From Felis catus (lineage: Eukaryota), in contig NC_058369.1 in assembly GCF_018350175.1 (NCBI RefSeq), positions 4,776,001 through 4,840,000 of the forward strand: 64,000 bases of DNA, written 5' to 3'. Every line of letters starts with the position of its first letter. The stretch's first letter is position 1. The translations under genes were made by a program, and so were the position numbers. Below the pieces are notes generated by a model, which was not told the DNA's origin, ran no database searches, and saw nothing but the letters and a program-made list of their open reading frames with translations. Below, piece after piece: positions 62,249 through 64,000 of the stretch.

Positions 62249-62709
62249 TCCAGCGTTTGCCCACCCCCAGCTCGCAGAGGGGTATGCCAGGAATCCGACC
62301 GCCCCACGGAGCCCCTCAGTCTTCTGATGTGGCCCCTTGTCCTCACCTTCCTCACAGTCATTCATTCATTCATTCATTCATTCAACAAACCTTCATTGAG
62401 CATCCCCTGTGGACCAGGTGCTGTGCGGGAGCGGGGTGTGTGCGCGTGTGCGCGCGTGTGCGCGTGTGTAGGGGGAAACCAGGGGTACAGCCAGCACCCA
62501 GAGAGGTCAGGGAGGCTCCCCACATATCCAGGGGCTTGTTTCCATTTTCCCAGTCTCCCTGCACGCGATGGGGCCACGTGACTGACCTGCCCACCAGGAA
62601 GAGAGTAGACGCAGATGAATTTAGGAGAGCTTGGGTGGCCTGCTCCGCTAAACACCCCGCATCACCCTTCAGCCTTCTCGTCCTCTCAGAAGTGGCCTCT
62701 GCTTGGTCT

Positions 62710-63165
62710 GCAGTGGGCTGGATAGTGTCCCCCTCCCTCCCCCCAAGAAATTCACGTCCACCTAGAACCTCAGGTGGTATGTGAGCTCACTTGGGAACAG
62801 GATCCTCGCGGTGACGATTAGATGAGGTCATAGTGGATTAGAGCGGGCCCTAAATCCAAAGAACGGCAAGCTTGCAAAGAAAGGAGAGGGCACGCACAGG
62901 GACACAGAAGGGTGATGGCCATGTGACGGTGGAGGTGGACGTCAGAGGGACCGGTTCATCTACAAGCCGGGGAACCCCAAGGATTGCCCCGAAACAGCAG
63001 ACACCGGGAAGAGGCAAGGAAGGATTCTTTCCCGAAGCCTTCAGAGGGAGTGAGGTCTGCGGACGCCTTCATTTCAGACATCTGGCCTCTCAAACTGTGA
63101 CAGGATAAATACCTTTCGTTTTAAGCTGCCCCGTTTGTGGCACTTTGTGGTGGCAGCCACAAGAA
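62710..63165 (+). mobile_element. MLT1-type MaLR LTR upstream of CD70, followed by a Can-SINE (63177-63370)
   Basis: gatagtgtcccc...gatgaggtcatagtggattag...gaagaggcaaggaaggattct...ttttaagc...gtttgtgg. Confidence 0.8.
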
Positions 63166-64000
63166 TCCAGTAACCTTGGGGGCCCCTGGGTGGCTCAGTC
63201 GGTTGAGCATCCGACTTCAGCTCAGGTGGTGAGCTCACGGTTGGCGAGTGGGAGCTCCGCGTGGGGCTCGCCGCCGTCAGCGCTGAGCCCGCTTCGAATC
63301 CTCTGCCCCTCCCCTGCTTGCGCGCTCTCTCTCAAAAACAAACAACGACAACACAATAAAAGCGTTGAAAAGAGAGAATCCAATGATAATGGCACCCTGC
63401 AAGATGCTGAGAGATCACCTGGGCTCATAGGATTGTGCCAATAGCAGTCAGCATCAGCGAGTCTAACCCCTCGCCGGCCCCCGGGGCGGAAAAGCTGCTT
63501 CCGCGGCAGTTGACAAGCGCCTGGGGCTGTGTTCTCAGGAGCTTTACCTGTAGACCCCAGAATTGGAAAATTTCATCCCAAAGTGAGGCGTCATGGAGGC
63601 CTGGTCTGGAGGATGGATACAGGATAGAAGTCAGAGCTTGAGGCAACCACATCGGCTGATGGGGGCAGGGGGTGCGGGGAGGCAGGTGAGAGAGAGAGAA
63701 AGGAGTCAAACGTGTCCAGAATCCCCGGGATGCAGGTGACTGGGGACCCCAACGACTAAAACAATGTCCTTCTCTAGGATTGTGTCTGGGGATTCGGCTG
63801 GCAGCCTCCCCATGGGGGCCCCTAACTCAAGCTTTCCTGAGTATAGGGGCATGATCCTAAGAATTTTTTCCAACCTTCTTTCTTACTCTACGACACTCCT
63901 GCTGGGTTCTAAAGTCTAGCTTTACCCACTAACCCCATCTCCAGAACCTTCCAGTTCCCATTACATCATGTTCCCCGCGACGGACTTTTGATGGTTTCCT

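Overview
This is mammalian genomic DNA from a cat-family animal, inferred from the abundant feline-type tRNA-derived Can-SINEs and carnivore L1 3' ends. Three known genes are readable with exact splice sites: the 5' part of beta-tubulin TUBB4A (minus strand, exons 1-3; exon 4 lies left of the window), complete TNFSF9/4-1BB ligand (plus strand, 3 exons, 258 aa) and complete CD70 (minus strand, 3 exons, 190 aa). The order matches human 19p13.3. The ~39 kb between TNFSF9 and CD70 is almost all SINE, L1, LTR and DNA-transposon debris plus one U6 snRNA retrocopy. The main non-obvious result lies between TUBB4A and TNFSF9 (minus strand, ~4145-9843). It is a six-exon, intron-containing, multiply disabled lipid phosphate phosphatase gene of the PLPP1/2/3 (PAP2) family, most like PLPP3. 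It is not visible in the ORF track. It keeps the family's exon phases and remnants of all three catalytic motifs, and a CpG-island promoter lies just upstream (~10.9-11.3 kb). It is probably a unitary pseudogene of a fourth PLPP paralogue (ppap2d-like). Protein comparisons and repeat family names come from recall, not searches, and repeat boundaries are approximate.
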